DNA of 32,000 bases. Source: Rhodobacter capsulatus SB 1003. Its GTDB lineage: Bacteria > Pseudomonadota > Alphaproteobacteria > Rhodobacterales > Rhodobacteraceae. Under the pieces are notes generated by a model. That model saw only the letters and a program-made list of their open reading frames with translations. It did not search any database and was not told the origin of the DNA. This document shows positions 23,654 through 32,000 of this stretch, piece after piece. The DNA lies in contig NC_014034.1 in assembly GCF_000021865.1 (NCBI RefSeq), positions 3,300,001 through 3,332,000 of the forward strand, written 5' to 3'. Position 1 is the first letter of the stretch; every line of letters begins with the position of its first letter. The translations under genes were made by a program, and so were the position numbers.

Positions 23654-24643
23654 TCATCGTTGCAGCGCCGCCAGCATCTCGGCCGCCGCCACCGCGGGCG
23701 CCGTCTGCCCCGCGGCCACGGCACTGCCCAGGGCCTGCATCCGCGCCCGAATCGCCGGGTCGGTCACCAGCCGCGCCAGCAGACCTTCGCGCACTTCGGT
23801 CTCGAACCAGTGCCGCGCCTGTTCGGCCCGGCGGCGGTCGAAATGCCCCTGCGCGCGCCGCCAGGCGGCCAGCGCCTGCATGTCTTCCCAGGCCGTCTTC
23901 AGCCCCTCCTCGGCCAGGGCCGAGACCGCCACCGCCTTCGGAAAGCCCGCCGGATCCTGCGGACGGCGCCGCAACAGCCGCAACGCCCCCGCGTAATCCG
24001 CCATCGTCCGCAAGGCCGCCGGTTTCAGATCGCCATCGGCCTTGTTGACCAGAATCATGTCGGCCATTTCCATGATGCCGCGCTTGACGCCCTGCAACTC
24101 ATCCCCGCCCGCAGGCGCCATCAACAGGATGAACAGATCGGTCATTTCGGCCACCAGCGTTTCCGATTGCCCGACGCCCACCGTCTCGATCAGCACGACG
24201 TCGAACCCCGCCGCCTCGCACAGGCTGACCGCCTCGCGGGTGCGCCGGGCGACGCCGCCCAGCTGCGCCTGGCTCGGCGAGGGGCGGATGAAAGCCGCAG
24301 GCTCGCGCGAGAGCCGCTCCATCCGGGTCTTGTCGCCCAGGATCGAGCCGCCCGAGCGTGCCGAGGACGGATCGACCGCCAGCACCGCGACCCGGTGCCC
24401 CTGCCCGACCAGCATCATCCCGAAGCTTTCGATGAAGGTCGATTTGCCCACCCCCGGCGTGCCCGAAAGGCCGATCCGCAGCGCCTTTTTCGCCGTGCCC
24501 AGCCGGTCGAGCAGCGCCGTCGCCTGCGCCCGGTGATCGGCACGGCCCGATTCCACCAGCGTGATCGCCCGGGCCAGCGCGCGGCGCTCTCCGGCCAGGA
24601 TGCGGGGGGCAAGATCGGCGGCAGTCTCGGGGGAAAAGGTCAT
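23654..24643 (-). CDS. meaB: Methylmalonyl-CoA mutase-associated G3E GTPase (MeaB/ArgK)
   Basis: 329 aa. Motifs are the P-loop GLSGTPGVGKSTFIE, ETVGVGQSE and NKADG. No mutase gene is adjacent in this window. Confidence 0.85.
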   Translation of the reverse strand: MTFSPETAADLAPRILAGERRALARAITLVESGRADHRAQATALLDRLGTAKKALRIGLSGTPGVGKSTFIESFGMMLVGQGHRVAVLAVDPSSARSGGSILGDKTRMERLSREPAAFIRPSPSQAQLGGVARRTREAVSLCEAAGFDVVLIETVGVGQSETLVAEMTDLFILLMAPAGGDELQGVKRGIMEMADMILVNKADGDLKPAALRTMADYAGALRLLRRRPQDPAGFPKAVAVSALAEEGLKTAWEDMQALAAWRRAQGHFDRRRAEQARHWFETEVREGLLARLVTDPAIRARMQALGSAVAAGQTAPAVAAAEMLAALQR

Positions 24644-24764
24644 GGCGGGCCTGTGCGAAACGGTGCCGATCGAACGAAATCGTCAACCGGCGTGAAACGG
24701 TTTCGGTTTCATGCCCTCAACGGGCGGTGTATGTCCAGTCCGAAGGCATCCGCAGAGCAGGCCC

Positions 24765-25502
24765 ATGACAGCAGTTCCCCCCCGTCCCCTTTCCGCGATC
24801 GTCACCGGCCTTGCGCTGGCGCTGGCCCAACCCGCGCTGGCCGATCAAAGCGACCGCATCGTTTTTGACGTCGTCCTCAAGGGGATCAAGGCGGGCGAGC
24901 TGGCCATCGACGGCAAGATTGCCGACGGCGCCTATGCCGCCAATGGCGTCGTCAAGACCACCGGCCTTGCGGGCATGATCAAGAAGATCCGCTACGATGC
25001 CACCGCCTCGGGCCGCTTTGCCAAGGGCAAGTTCACCCCGCGCGCGGTCGAGGTGGCGTCGCAGCGCGGCGATGACCGCTCGAAGAACACGATGATCTAC
25101 AAGAACGGCACCCCCGCCTCGGTCAGCCACGAACCGCCGCGGGTGCCGCGCCCGACCGATGTCGACCCGGCGCAGCAAAGCGGCACGATCGATCCGCTGA
25201 CCGCGCTTTACGCCGTGCTGCGCGATGTCGACCGGTCCGAGGCCTGCCAGCTGAACGTGACGATGTTCGACGGCGTGCGGCGCTCGCAGGTGGCGCTCTC
25301 GGCGCCGCAGGTGCAGGGCGAGGGCGTCGTCTGCAGCGGCGAATACCGCCGCATCGCGGGGTTCAAGGACAAGGAAATGGCGGAAAAGACCCGCTTTCCC
25401 TTCACCCTCACCTATGCGCCGACCGGCGACGGCTCGCGGCTGCGGGTGGTCGATATCGCCACCGACACGATCATCGGCCAAGGCCGCCTGACCCGGCAGT
25501 GA
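24765..25502 (+). CDS. Secreted DUF3108-like protein
   Basis: The signal peptide from ATG 24765 is MTAVPPRPLSAIVTGLALALAQPALA. The beta-rich body begins RIVFDVVLKGIKAGELAIDG, as in DUF3108 proteins. Its stop overlaps the hrpB GTG start (GTGA). Confidence 0.6.
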   Translation: MTAVPPRPLSAIVTGLALALAQPALADQSDRIVFDVVLKGIKAGELAIDGKIADGAYAANGVVKTTGLAGMIKKIRYDATASGRFAKGKFTPRAVEVASQRGDDRSKNTMIYKNGTPASVSHEPPRVPRPTDVDPAQQSGTIDPLTALYAVLRDVDRSEACQLNVTMFDGVRRSQVALSAPQVQGEGVVCSGEYRRIAGFKDKEMAEKTRFPFTLTYAPTGDGSRLRVVDIATDTIIGQGRLTRQ

Positions 25503-27937
25503 CGACCGCGCTTCCCATTGATGACGTGCTGCCCGATCTGGCCGACGCCCTGCGTCGCGCCGGGCGGGCGGTGCTGATGGCGCCGCCGGGCGCGGGCAAG
25601 ACCACCCGCGTTCCGCTGGCGCTGCGCGATCTTGTGCCGGGCCGCATCCTGATGCTGGAACCGCGCCGTCTGGCCGCCCGCGCGGCCGCCGAACGGATGG
25701 CGGAAACCCTGGGCGAGAGCGTCGGGCAAACCGTCGGCTACCGCATCCGCGGCGAGGCGAAGCTTTCGAAAGCGACCCGGATCGAGGTGGTGACCGAGGG
25801 CATCCTGACCCGGATGATCCAGTCCGACCCGGAGCTGACCGGCATCGGCTGCGTGATCTTCGACGAATTCCACGAACGTTCGCTGAATGCCGATCTGGGC
25901 CTCGCGCTGGTGTGGGAGGCGCGCACGGCGCTGCGCCCCGATCTGATGCTTGTCGTGATGTCGGCGACGCTCGATGCCGCGCCGGTCGCCGCGCTGCTCG
26001 AGGATGCGCCGATTCTGCGCTCCGAGGGGCGGGCCTTTCCGGTCGAAACCCGCTGGCTGGGGCGGCCTTTGGCGCCGGGGATGCGGCTCGAGCCCGCCGT
26101 GGCGGGGCTGGTCGAGCAGGCCCTGGCCGAAACCACCGGCGGCGTTCTGGTCTTCCTGCCCGGCGAGGCCGAGATCCGCCGCACCGAATCGCTTTTGCGC
26201 GACCGGCTGCCCGCGGGGGTGCAGCTGCGCCCGCTGTTCGGCGCGATGGACTTTGCCGCGCAACGCGCCGCGATCGCGCCCTGTGCCGATGGCCGGAAAG
26301 TGGTGCTGGCGACCTCGATCGCGGAAACCTCGCTGACGATTCAGGATATCCGCGTCGTCGTCGATGCCGGTCGCGCCCGGCGGCTGCGGTTTGATCCCGC
26401 CTCGGGCATGGCGCGGCTGGTGACCGAACGTGTCTCCCGCGCCGAGGCGGAACAGCGCCGTGGCCGGGCGGGCCGTGTGGCCGAGGGGATCTGTTACCGG
26501 CTTTGGACCAGGGGGGAGGAAGGCGCGTTGCCCGGTTTTGCGCCGCCCGAAATGGCCGTGGCCGATCTGGCGGGCCTGGCGCTCGAACTTGCGCAATGGG
26601 GCAGCGACGGCGCGGATCTGGCCTTTCTGACCCCGCCGCCGGGCCCGGCTTTGGCCGAGGCGCGGGCGCTGCTGGAAAGCCTCGGTGCACTGACGGGCGG
26701 CCGGATCACGCCGCACGGCAAGGCGCTCGCTGCCCTGCCGCTGCATCCGCGTCTCGCCCATATGCTGGTGACGGCAGGCCCCGAGGCCGCGACCTTGGCC
26801 GCGCTTTTGGAAGACCGCGACCCGATCCGCGGCGCCTCGGCCGATCTGACCCTGCGCCTCTCGGCCATCGCCAACCCGGGCCGGTTTGAGGCCGACCACC
26901 CCGGCCAGCTGCACCGCGGCACGGTGGAACGCATCCGTCTGGAGGCGAAACGCCTGGCCCGCATGGTCGATCCGGTCAGCGCGCGCCATTCCCCGGCCGA
27001 GATGCTGGCCCTGGCCTATCCCGACCGGATCGGGCTGCGCCGCAAGGGCGATGCCGCCCGTTACGTGCTTTCCGGCGGCAAGGGCGCGGTGGTGGACGAG
27101 GCCGATGGTCTGGGCAAGCACCGCCTTCTCGTCGCCTCGGATCTGGATGGCGACCCGCGCGAGGCCCGGGTGCGGCAGGGGCTTGCGCTTGCCGATGCCG
27201 AGCTGCGCCGTCTTTACGGCGAGCGCATCACCTGGGTCGATCTGTGCGAATGGAGCAAGCGCGAGGGTCGCGTGGTCGCCCGGCGGCAAGAGCGTTTCGG
27301 CGCGCTGGCGCTGGAAGACCGGCACTGGCCCGAGGCCCCGCCCGAGGCGATGGCCCGCGGCGCGCTTGATGGTCTGCGCCAGATCGGCCTGACGCTTTCG
27401 CCCGGCGCCGCGCGTTTTCGCGCCCGCGTCGATATCCTGCGCGCCGATGGCGTCGATCTGCCCGACCTTTCCGATGGAGCGCTTCTGGGGTCGGAAGCGC
27501 TGCTGCCCTGGCTGAAAAAGGCCCGGACCGAGACGGATCTGCGCAATCTTGACCTGACCGAGGCTTTGCGTGCCCAGCTTGACTGGGGCCAGATGGCAGA
27601 GCTTGACCGGCTTGTGCCGGGTCATTTCGAAACGCCGCTCGGGCGGCGCGTGCCGATCGACTATGGCGCCGAGGTGCCGACGATCGAGGTGAAACTGCCC
27701 GAGATGTATGGGGTCACCGTACATCCCTCGGTCGGGCCGAAGCGGCATCCGCTCCGGATCGAACTGCTCTCGCCCGGGGGCAAGCCGATTCAGGTGACGA
27801 TGGACCTGCCCGGCTTCTGGGACGGGTCCTATGCCGAGGTCCGCAAGGAAATGCGCGGCCGCTATCCGCGCCACCCCTGGCCGGAAAACCCGCGCGAGGC
27901 CGCCCCGACGACGCGGGCGAAACCGCGCGGCACCTAA
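25499..27937 (+). CDS. hrpB: ATP-dependent DEAH-box RNA helicase HrpB
   Basis: 812 aa. Motifs are APPGAGKTT (motif I), DEFHERS (DEAH variant II), SAT (III), TSIAETSLTI and QRRGRAGR (VI). The HrpB-specific C-terminal domain ends in ...RGRYPRHPWPENP. Confidence 0.88.
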   Translation: MTTALPIDDVLPDLADALRRAGRAVLMAPPGAGKTTRVPLALRDLVPGRILMLEPRRLAARAAAERMAETLGESVGQTVGYRIRGEAKLSKATRIEVVTEGILTRMIQSDPELTGIGCVIFDEFHERSLNADLGLALVWEARTALRPDLMLVVMSATLDAAPVAALLEDAPILRSEGRAFPVETRWLGRPLAPGMRLEPAVAGLVEQALAETTGGVLVFLPGEAEIRRTESLLRDRLPAGVQLRPLFGAMDFAAQRAAIAPCADGRKVVLATSIAETSLTIQDIRVVVDAGRARRLRFDPASGMARLVTERVSRAEAEQRRGRAGRVAEGICYRLWTRGEEGALPGFAPPEMAVADLAGLALELAQWGSDGADLAFLTPPPGPALAEARALLESLGALTGGRITPHGKALAALPLHPRLAHMLVTAGPEAATLAALLEDRDPIRGASADLTLRLSAIANPGRFEADHPGQLHRGTVERIRLEAKRLARMVDPVSARHSPAEMLALAYPDRIGLRRKGDAARYVLSGGKGAVVDEADGLGKHRLLVASDLDGDPREARVRQGLALADAELRRLYGERITWVDLCEWSKREGRVVARRQERFGALALEDRHWPEAPPEAMARGALDGLRQIGLTLSPGAARFRARVDILRADGVDLPDLSDGALLGSEALLPWLKKARTETDLRNLDLTEALRAQLDWGQMAELDRLVPGHFETPLGRRVPIDYGAEVPTIEVKLPEMYGVTVHPSVGPKRHPLRIELLSPGGKPIQVTMDLPGFWDGSYAEVRKEMRGRYPRHPWPENPREAAPTTRAKPRGT

Positions 27938-28479
27938 AGGCTGGCGATCACCTCGGGCGTCGTGGTCAGGGTGGCGAAATCGGCGCCCAGCAGACCGAAA
28001 CTGACCCGGGCGATCTCCTCGGCCGAAAGTCCCATCCCCGGCAGATCGAAGCCCAGACAGGCATCGCGCGGCAAGATCACCGCAAAGCCCAGATCGGCAG
28101 CCGCGCGCACGGTCGAGGTGACGCAAAAGCCCAGCACCGCACCGGTGATGATCAGCCGGTCGATCCCCTGCCCGCGCAGATGCGCCGCCAGATCGGTCGA
28201 GGCAAAGGCCGAGGACGTGGATTTGAGGAACACCGCCTCGCCGGGCAAGGCCGCGTCACAGGGCATCGGCTGCGCCCCGGGCGCATCCGGGTGAAGGGGC
28301 GAGGCGGGACCCGCATCGTGATGGCGCACATGCACCACCGCCACGCCCTTCGCCCGACAGGCCCCGGCCAAGGCCGCAATCGCCGCCCCGGCCTCACGGT
28401 TCACCGCGGCGCGGCCCGCATCAAGCCGCGCCTGCATCTCGCTTTGCATGTCGATGATCAGAAGCGCGGTCTTGCCCAT
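27934..28479 (-). CDS. Isochorismatase-family cysteine hydrolase
   Basis: The start is MGKTALLIIDMQ, with the catalytic Asp context. It also has a conserved K (VFLKSTSSAF) and nucleophile Cys (ITGAVLGFCVTSTVR). The alternative start is 28494. The ORF-track N-terminus (to 28542) is translation of a repeat element. Confidence 0.75.
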   Translation of the reverse strand: MGKTALLIIDMQSEMQARLDAGRAAVNREAGAAIAALAGACRAKGVAVVHVRHHDAGPASPLHPDAPGAQPMPCDAALPGEAVFLKSTSSAFASTDLAAHLRGQGIDRLIITGAVLGFCVTSTVRAAADLGFAVILPRDACLGFDLPGMGLSAEEIARVSFGLLGADFATLTTTPEVIASL

Positions 28480-28490
28480 CGCCGTGCCTT

Positions 28491-28536
28491 TCATCTTGCC
28501 ATAAATATCCTGGGGGTCTGGGGGCAAACCCCCAGC
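28491..28536 (-). repeat. ~47-nt GC-rich repeat element, copy A (argF 3' side)
   Basis: The reverse complement reads GGCTGGGGGTTTGCCCCCAGACCCCCAGGATATTTATGGCAAGATGA. It matches copy B at 41 of 48 aligned columns by hand and contains a GGGGG/CCCCC hairpin. Confidence 0.75.
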
Positions 28537-28538
28537 CT

Positions 28539-29465
28539 TCACTTGCCCAAAGCCCAGCGCATGATCGCCTTTTGCGCATGCAGCCGGTTCTCCGCCTCGT
28601 CGAAGATCACCGAATGCGGCCCGTCCATCACGGCGCTGGTCGCCTCGTCATTGCGATGCGCGGGCAGGCAATGCATGAAAAGCGCATCGGGTTTCGCCTT
28701 GGCCATCAGCGTCTCGTTCACCTGATAGGGGCGCAGCTGGTTGTGGCGGCGTTCCTTGGCCGATTCCGGGTCGTGCATGCTGACCCAGGTGTCGGTGACG
28801 ACCAGATCGGCGCCTTCGACCGCCTTGGCCGGATCGCGCTCGATCACCACATTCACCCCCTTGGAGCGCGCAAACTCGATCCAGTCGCGTTCGGGATCAA
28901 GCGCCTGCGGCCCGGTGAAGGTCAAATCGAACCCGAACTGCCCCGCCGCCTGCAGGAAGCTGGCACAGACATTGTTGCCGTCGCCCGACCAGACCACCTT
29001 GCGCCCGGCAATGGGGCCGCGGTGTTCCTCATAGGTCATGATGTCGGCCATGATCTGGCAGGGATGGGTGCGGTTCGTCAGCCCGTTGATGACGGGAACC
29101 GAGGCATATTCCGCCATCTCGAGCAGCGTCGCCTCTTCGAAGGTGCGGATCATGATCAGATCCACATAGCGCGACAGCACCCGGGCGGTGTCGGCGATGG
29201 TCTCGCCATGGCCCAGCTGCATTTCCTTGCCCGAGAGCACCATGGTCTGCCCGCCCATCTGCCGCACGCCGACATCGAAGCTGACGCGGGTCCGGGTCGA
29301 GGGTTTTTCGAAAATCAGCGCCACCATGCAGCCCGCCAGCGGCTGATCGTCATCGAGCGCGCCTTTCGGGCGGCCGAGGCGGGCGGTCTTCATCGCGCGG
29401 GCGCTGTCGATCATCGAGCGCAGATCGGCCGGGCTGGTGGTGTGGATGTCAAGAAAATGGGTCAT
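28539..29465 (-). CDS. argF: Ornithine carbamoyltransferase
   Basis: 308 aa. Motifs are [12 protein letters not shown] (carbamoyl-phosphate binding), HPCQ, the ornithine-binding DTWVSM and HCLPA. Confidence 0.92.
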   Translation of the reverse strand: MTHFLDIHTTSPADLRSMIDSARAMKTARLGRPKGALDDDQPLAGCMVALIFEKPSTRTRVSFDVGVRQMGGQTMVLSGKEMQLGHGETIADTARVLSRYVDLIMIRTFEEATLLEMAEYASVPVINGLTNRTHPCQIMADIMTYEEHRGPIAGRKVVWSGDGNNVCASFLQAAGQFGFDLTFTGPQALDPERDWIEFARSKGVNVVIERDPAKAVEGADLVVTDTWVSMHDPESAKERRHNQLRPYQVNETLMAKAKPDALFMHCLPAHRNDEATSAVMDGPHSVIFDEAENRLHAQKAIMRWALGK

Positions 29466-29485
29466 GTCGGTTTCCTTGCCGAGCG

Positions 29486-29533
29486 GCCGGGGGCTCTGCC
29501 CCCGGACCCCCGGGATATTTGTGGCAAGATAAA
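29486..29533 (+). repeat. ~48-nt GC-rich repeat element, copy B (argD-argF intergenic)
   Basis: GGCCGGGGGCTCTGCCCCCGGACCCCCGGGATATTTGTGGCAAGATAA. It is in inverted orientation relative to copy A. Confidence 0.75.
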
Positions 29534-30715
29534 TCAGGCCGGTTGGGTTTCGAGCGAAGCGGCGGCGGCATCAAGGCGGCGGACGGCCTCGGCCATGTCG
29601 TCTTCGGAGATGGTCAGCGCGGGCAGAAGCCGCAGCACATTATCGGCCGCGGGCACGGTCAGCAGGTTCTGCGCATAGGCCGCCTTGACCACATCCCCGG
29701 GCGGCAGCTTGAGCCGCAGGCCCAGCATCAGGCCCTGACCGCGCACCTCCTCAAAGATGTCGGGATGGGCGGCGACAAGACCTTCGAGCCACTGGCGCAG
29801 GAAGCCCGCCTTGCGGCTGACCTCGTCCAGAAAGCCCGGCGCGGTGACGATCTCGATCATCTTCGCGCCGATGGCACAGCCCAGCGGGTTGCCGCCATAG
29901 GTCGAGCCATGCGTGCCCGCGATCATCCCCGAAGCCGCGTCTTCGGTGGCCAGCACCGCGCCCAAGGGGAAGCCGCCGCCGATGCCCTTGGCCACCATCA
30001 TCACATCCGGCGTGACGCCCGCCCATTCATGCGCGAACAGCTTGCCGGTCCGCGCGACGCCGCATTGCACCTCGTCAAAGACCAGAAGCGTGCCGGTTTC
30101 GTCGCAGATTTCGCGCAGCGCGCGCAGGAAGCCCTCGGGCGCGGGGCGGATGCCGCCTTCGCCCTGAATGGGTTCGATCAGGATCGCCGCCGTGGTTTCG
30201 GTGACGGCGGCTTTCACCGCGTCAAGGTCGCCCCAGGGCAGATGGACGAAGCCGGGCAGCAGCGGGCCGAAGCCCTTGACCATCTTTTCCGTCCCCGCCG
30301 CGGCGATCGCGGCCGAAGACCGGCCGTGGAAGGCGCCCGAGAAGGTCAGGATCTCGGTCCGCTCCGGCTGGCCCTTGTCGTAGAAATGCTTGCGCACCAT
30401 CTTCACCGCGAGTTCGCAGGCCTCGGTCCCCGAATTGGTGAAGAAGACGGTATCGGCGAAGGTCTTGGCCACCAGCATGTCGGCCAGCCGTTCCTGTTCC
30501 GGGATCCGGTAAAGGTTCGAGACATGCCAGAGCTTGCCCGCCTGTTCGGTCAGCGTCGCCACAAGGTCGGGCGCGGCATGGCCCAGCGCATTGACCGCGA
30601 TCCCGGCGCCCAGATCCAGATATCGGCTGCCATCCGCGGTCCAAAGCCAGGAGCCCTCGCCGCGCACGAAGGCGAGGGGGGCACGGGTGTAGGTCGGCAG
30701 CACGGAAGCGATCAT
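29534..30715 (-). CDS. argD: Acetylornithine aminotransferase (class III PLP aminotransferase)
   Basis: The start is [25 protein letters not shown], with an AGGAG SD before ATG 30715. Motifs are [23 protein letters not shown] and the PLP-Lys context [13 protein letters not shown]. It lies immediately upstream of argF. Confidence 0.88.
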   Translation of the reverse strand: MIASVLPTYTRAPLAFVRGEGSWLWTADGSRYLDLGAGIAVNALGHAAPDLVATLTEQAGKLWHVSNLYRIPEQERLADMLVAKTFADTVFFTNSGTEACELAVKMVRKHFYDKGQPERTEILTFSGAFHGRSSAAIAAAGTEKMVKGFGPLLPGFVHLPWGDLDAVKAAVTETTAAILIEPIQGEGGIRPAPEGFLRALREICDETGTLLVFDEVQCGVARTGKLFAHEWAGVTPDVMMVAKGIGGGFPLGAVLATEDAASGMIAGTHGSTYGGNPLGCAIGAKMIEIVTAPGFLDEVSRKAGFLRQWLEGLVAAHPDIFEEVRGQGLMLGLRLKLPPGDVVKAAYAQNLLTVPAADNVLRLLPALTISEDDMAEAVRRLDAAAASLETQPA

Positions 30716-30967
30716 TTGCGGCTCCTGAAAAAGGAAGGCCAAGGCGTGCAACAGGCGCAGGGCGGCTGTCAACGGTCCGGGACCTTCGGGGGCGGTTTTG
30801 TGGAAAGGGTGTGGCGAGAAGCCACGGCAGATCAGGCGTCAGGCGCAGGTGCGGCGACGTCGGGGACGGGCAAGAGGGGCGGTCCGGGTGATCATTTCCC
30901 CCGCTTAGCCGCCGCCTGACGCAAAGTCAAAGGAAATGACCGTTTCACGCTTTTGCGAAAGATGCGC

Positions 30968-30985
30968 GGCAGATGCGCATCTGCC
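30968..30985. promoter_or_regulatory. Perfect 18-bp palindrome GGCAGATGCGCATCTGCC upstream of ccmF (candidate operator or hairpin)
   Basis: I verified it is its own reverse complement. AGATGCGC also occurs directly upstream (30960-30967), giving a direct repeat. It lies ~55 nt before the ccmF ATG, in the 324-bp argD/ccmF divergent region. Confidence 0.3.
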
Positions 30986-31039
30986 TTGGCCCCGGGGGGC
31001 TCCGTCTCTATGATGCACGCGACTTGAGGAGGACCCCGC

Positions 31040-32000
31040 ATGATCGTCGAGACCGGCCATTTCGCCCTGATCCTGGCCCTGTGCGTGGCGCTGGTGCAGG
31101 CGGTCATTCCCCTGGTGGGCGCGCAAAAGGGCTGGTCGGGCTGGATGGCCGTTGCCACCCCCGCGGCGCTGGCGCAGTTCGGGCTGATCGCCATCGCCTT
31201 TGCCGCGCTGACCTATGCCTTTGTGACGTCTGACTTTTCGCTGAAGCTCGTCTACGAAAACTCGCATACCGACAAGCCGATGCTCTACAAGGTCACCGGG
31301 GTCTGGGGCAACCATGAGGGCTCGATGCTGCTTTGGGTGCTGATCCTCGCCATGTTCGGCGCGGCGGCCGCGGCCTTTGGCGGTGCCTTGCCGGAGCGGC
31401 TGCGGGCGCGGGTGCTGGCGGTGCAGGGCACCATCGGGGTCGCGTTTCTGGTCTTTGTGCTTTTCACCTCGAACCCGTTCCTGCGGCTGGAAGAAGCGCC
31501 GTTCAACGGCCGCGACATGAACCCGCTGCTGCAGGACCCGGGTCTCGCCTTCCATCCGCCGTTCCTGTACCTTGGCTATGTCGGGCTTTCGATGGCCTTC
31601 AGCTTCGCCGTCGCCGCGCTGATCGAGGGGCGGGTCGATGCCGCCTGGGCGCGCTGGGTCCGGCCCTGGACCTTGGCCGCCTGGATCTTCCTGACCATCG
31701 GCATCGCGCTGGGATCGTGGTGGGCCTATTACGAGCTCGGCTGGGGCGGCTTCTGGTTCTGGGACCCGGTGGAAAACGCCTCGCTGATGCCCTGGCTGCT
31801 GGCGGCGGCGCTGTTGCATTCCGCCATCGTCGTCGAAAAGCGCGAGGCGCTGAAAAGCTGGACGATCCTGCTCGCCATCATGGCCTTCGGCTTTTCGCTG
31901 ATCGGCACGTTCCTGGTGCGGTCCGGGGTGATTTCCTCGGTGCACAGTTTCGCCAATGACCCCGAGCGCGGGGTGTTCATCCTGTTCATCCTTGCCTTCT
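31040..32000 (+). CDS. ccmF: Cytochrome c-type biogenesis heme lyase subunit CcmF (5' part; continues beyond the window)
   Basis: This gene is not in the ORF track because no stop falls inside the window. I translated it by hand from ATG 31040, which has a GAGGAGG SD. The N-terminus reads [31 protein letters not shown]...[42 protein letters not shown]. The WWD heme-handling motif [26 protein letters not shown] is in frame at 31718-31795. Confidence 0.88.
   Translation, partial: MIVETGHFALILALCVALVQAVIPLVGAQKGWSGWMAVATPAALAQFGLIAIAFAALTYAFVTSDFSLKLVYENSHTDKPMLYKVTGVWGNHEGSMLLWVLILAMFGAAAAAFGGALPERLRARVLAVQGTIGVAFLVFVLFTSNPFLRLEEAPFNGRDMNPLLQDPGLAFHPPFLYLGYVGLSMAFSFAVAALIEGRVDAAWARWVRPWTLAAWIFLTIGIALGSWWAYYELGWGGFWFWDPVENASLMPWLLAAALLHSAIVVEKREALKSWTILLAIMAFGFSLIGTFLVRSGVISSVHSFANDPERGVFILFILAF

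Noticed and set aside
24717-28126. 657-aa and 904-aa minus-strand ORFs opposite the DUF3108 gene and hrpB
   Set aside because: Same artefact: Arg/Pro/Gly-rich, no SD, no recognisable domain. The plus strand carries complete helicase motifs I-VI.

Overview
High-GC window, about 63% GC in hand-counted 60-nt lines of core genes, with strongly G/C-ending codons. Gene content suggests an alphaproteobacterial chromosome, probably Rhodobacteraceae-like: a pcm-tolC pair, a PopZ-like protein, ccmF, and argD-argF. That assignment is an inference. Most of the window is densely packed housekeeping genes. These are a DprE1/DprE2-like oxidoreductase pair, enoyl-CoA hydratase, two aminotransferases, a DUF305 protein, an ABCB-type exporter, ygfZ, a PopZ-like acidic protein, tolC, pcm, tRNA-Cys(GCA), an IMPase-family protein, a Kv-like K+ channel, ettA, lepA, an HMA metallochaperone, an LMW-PTP, cobB, rpmB, meaB, a DUF3108 protein, hrpB, an isochorismatase-family hydrolase, argF, argD and the 5' part of ccmF. 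I saw no rRNA, CRISPR array, transposase or integrase. The clearest accessory element is a ~1.2 kb low-GC islet (about 17.5-18.7 kb) between ettA and lepA. It carries one orphan gene for an FRG-domain protein, a family with no assigned function as far as I know. The gene has its own AT-rich promoter region with a perfect 16-bp palindrome, and a tandem 65-67 nt GC-rich repeat follows it. Secondary observations:
- a serine-recombinase-like protein lacking the nucleophile motif, near tRNA-Cys
- three consecutive stem-loops downstream of tRNA-Cys
- an inverted pair of ~47-nt repeats bracketing argF
- a 17-codon upstream ORF with the strongest Shine-Dalgarno (SD) in the window, ahead of a small putative metal-handling cluster
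- several perfect palindromes in intergenic regions

The many long ORFs antisense to real genes are GC-composition artefacts. All family assignments come from motif recognition by eye, not from database searches.
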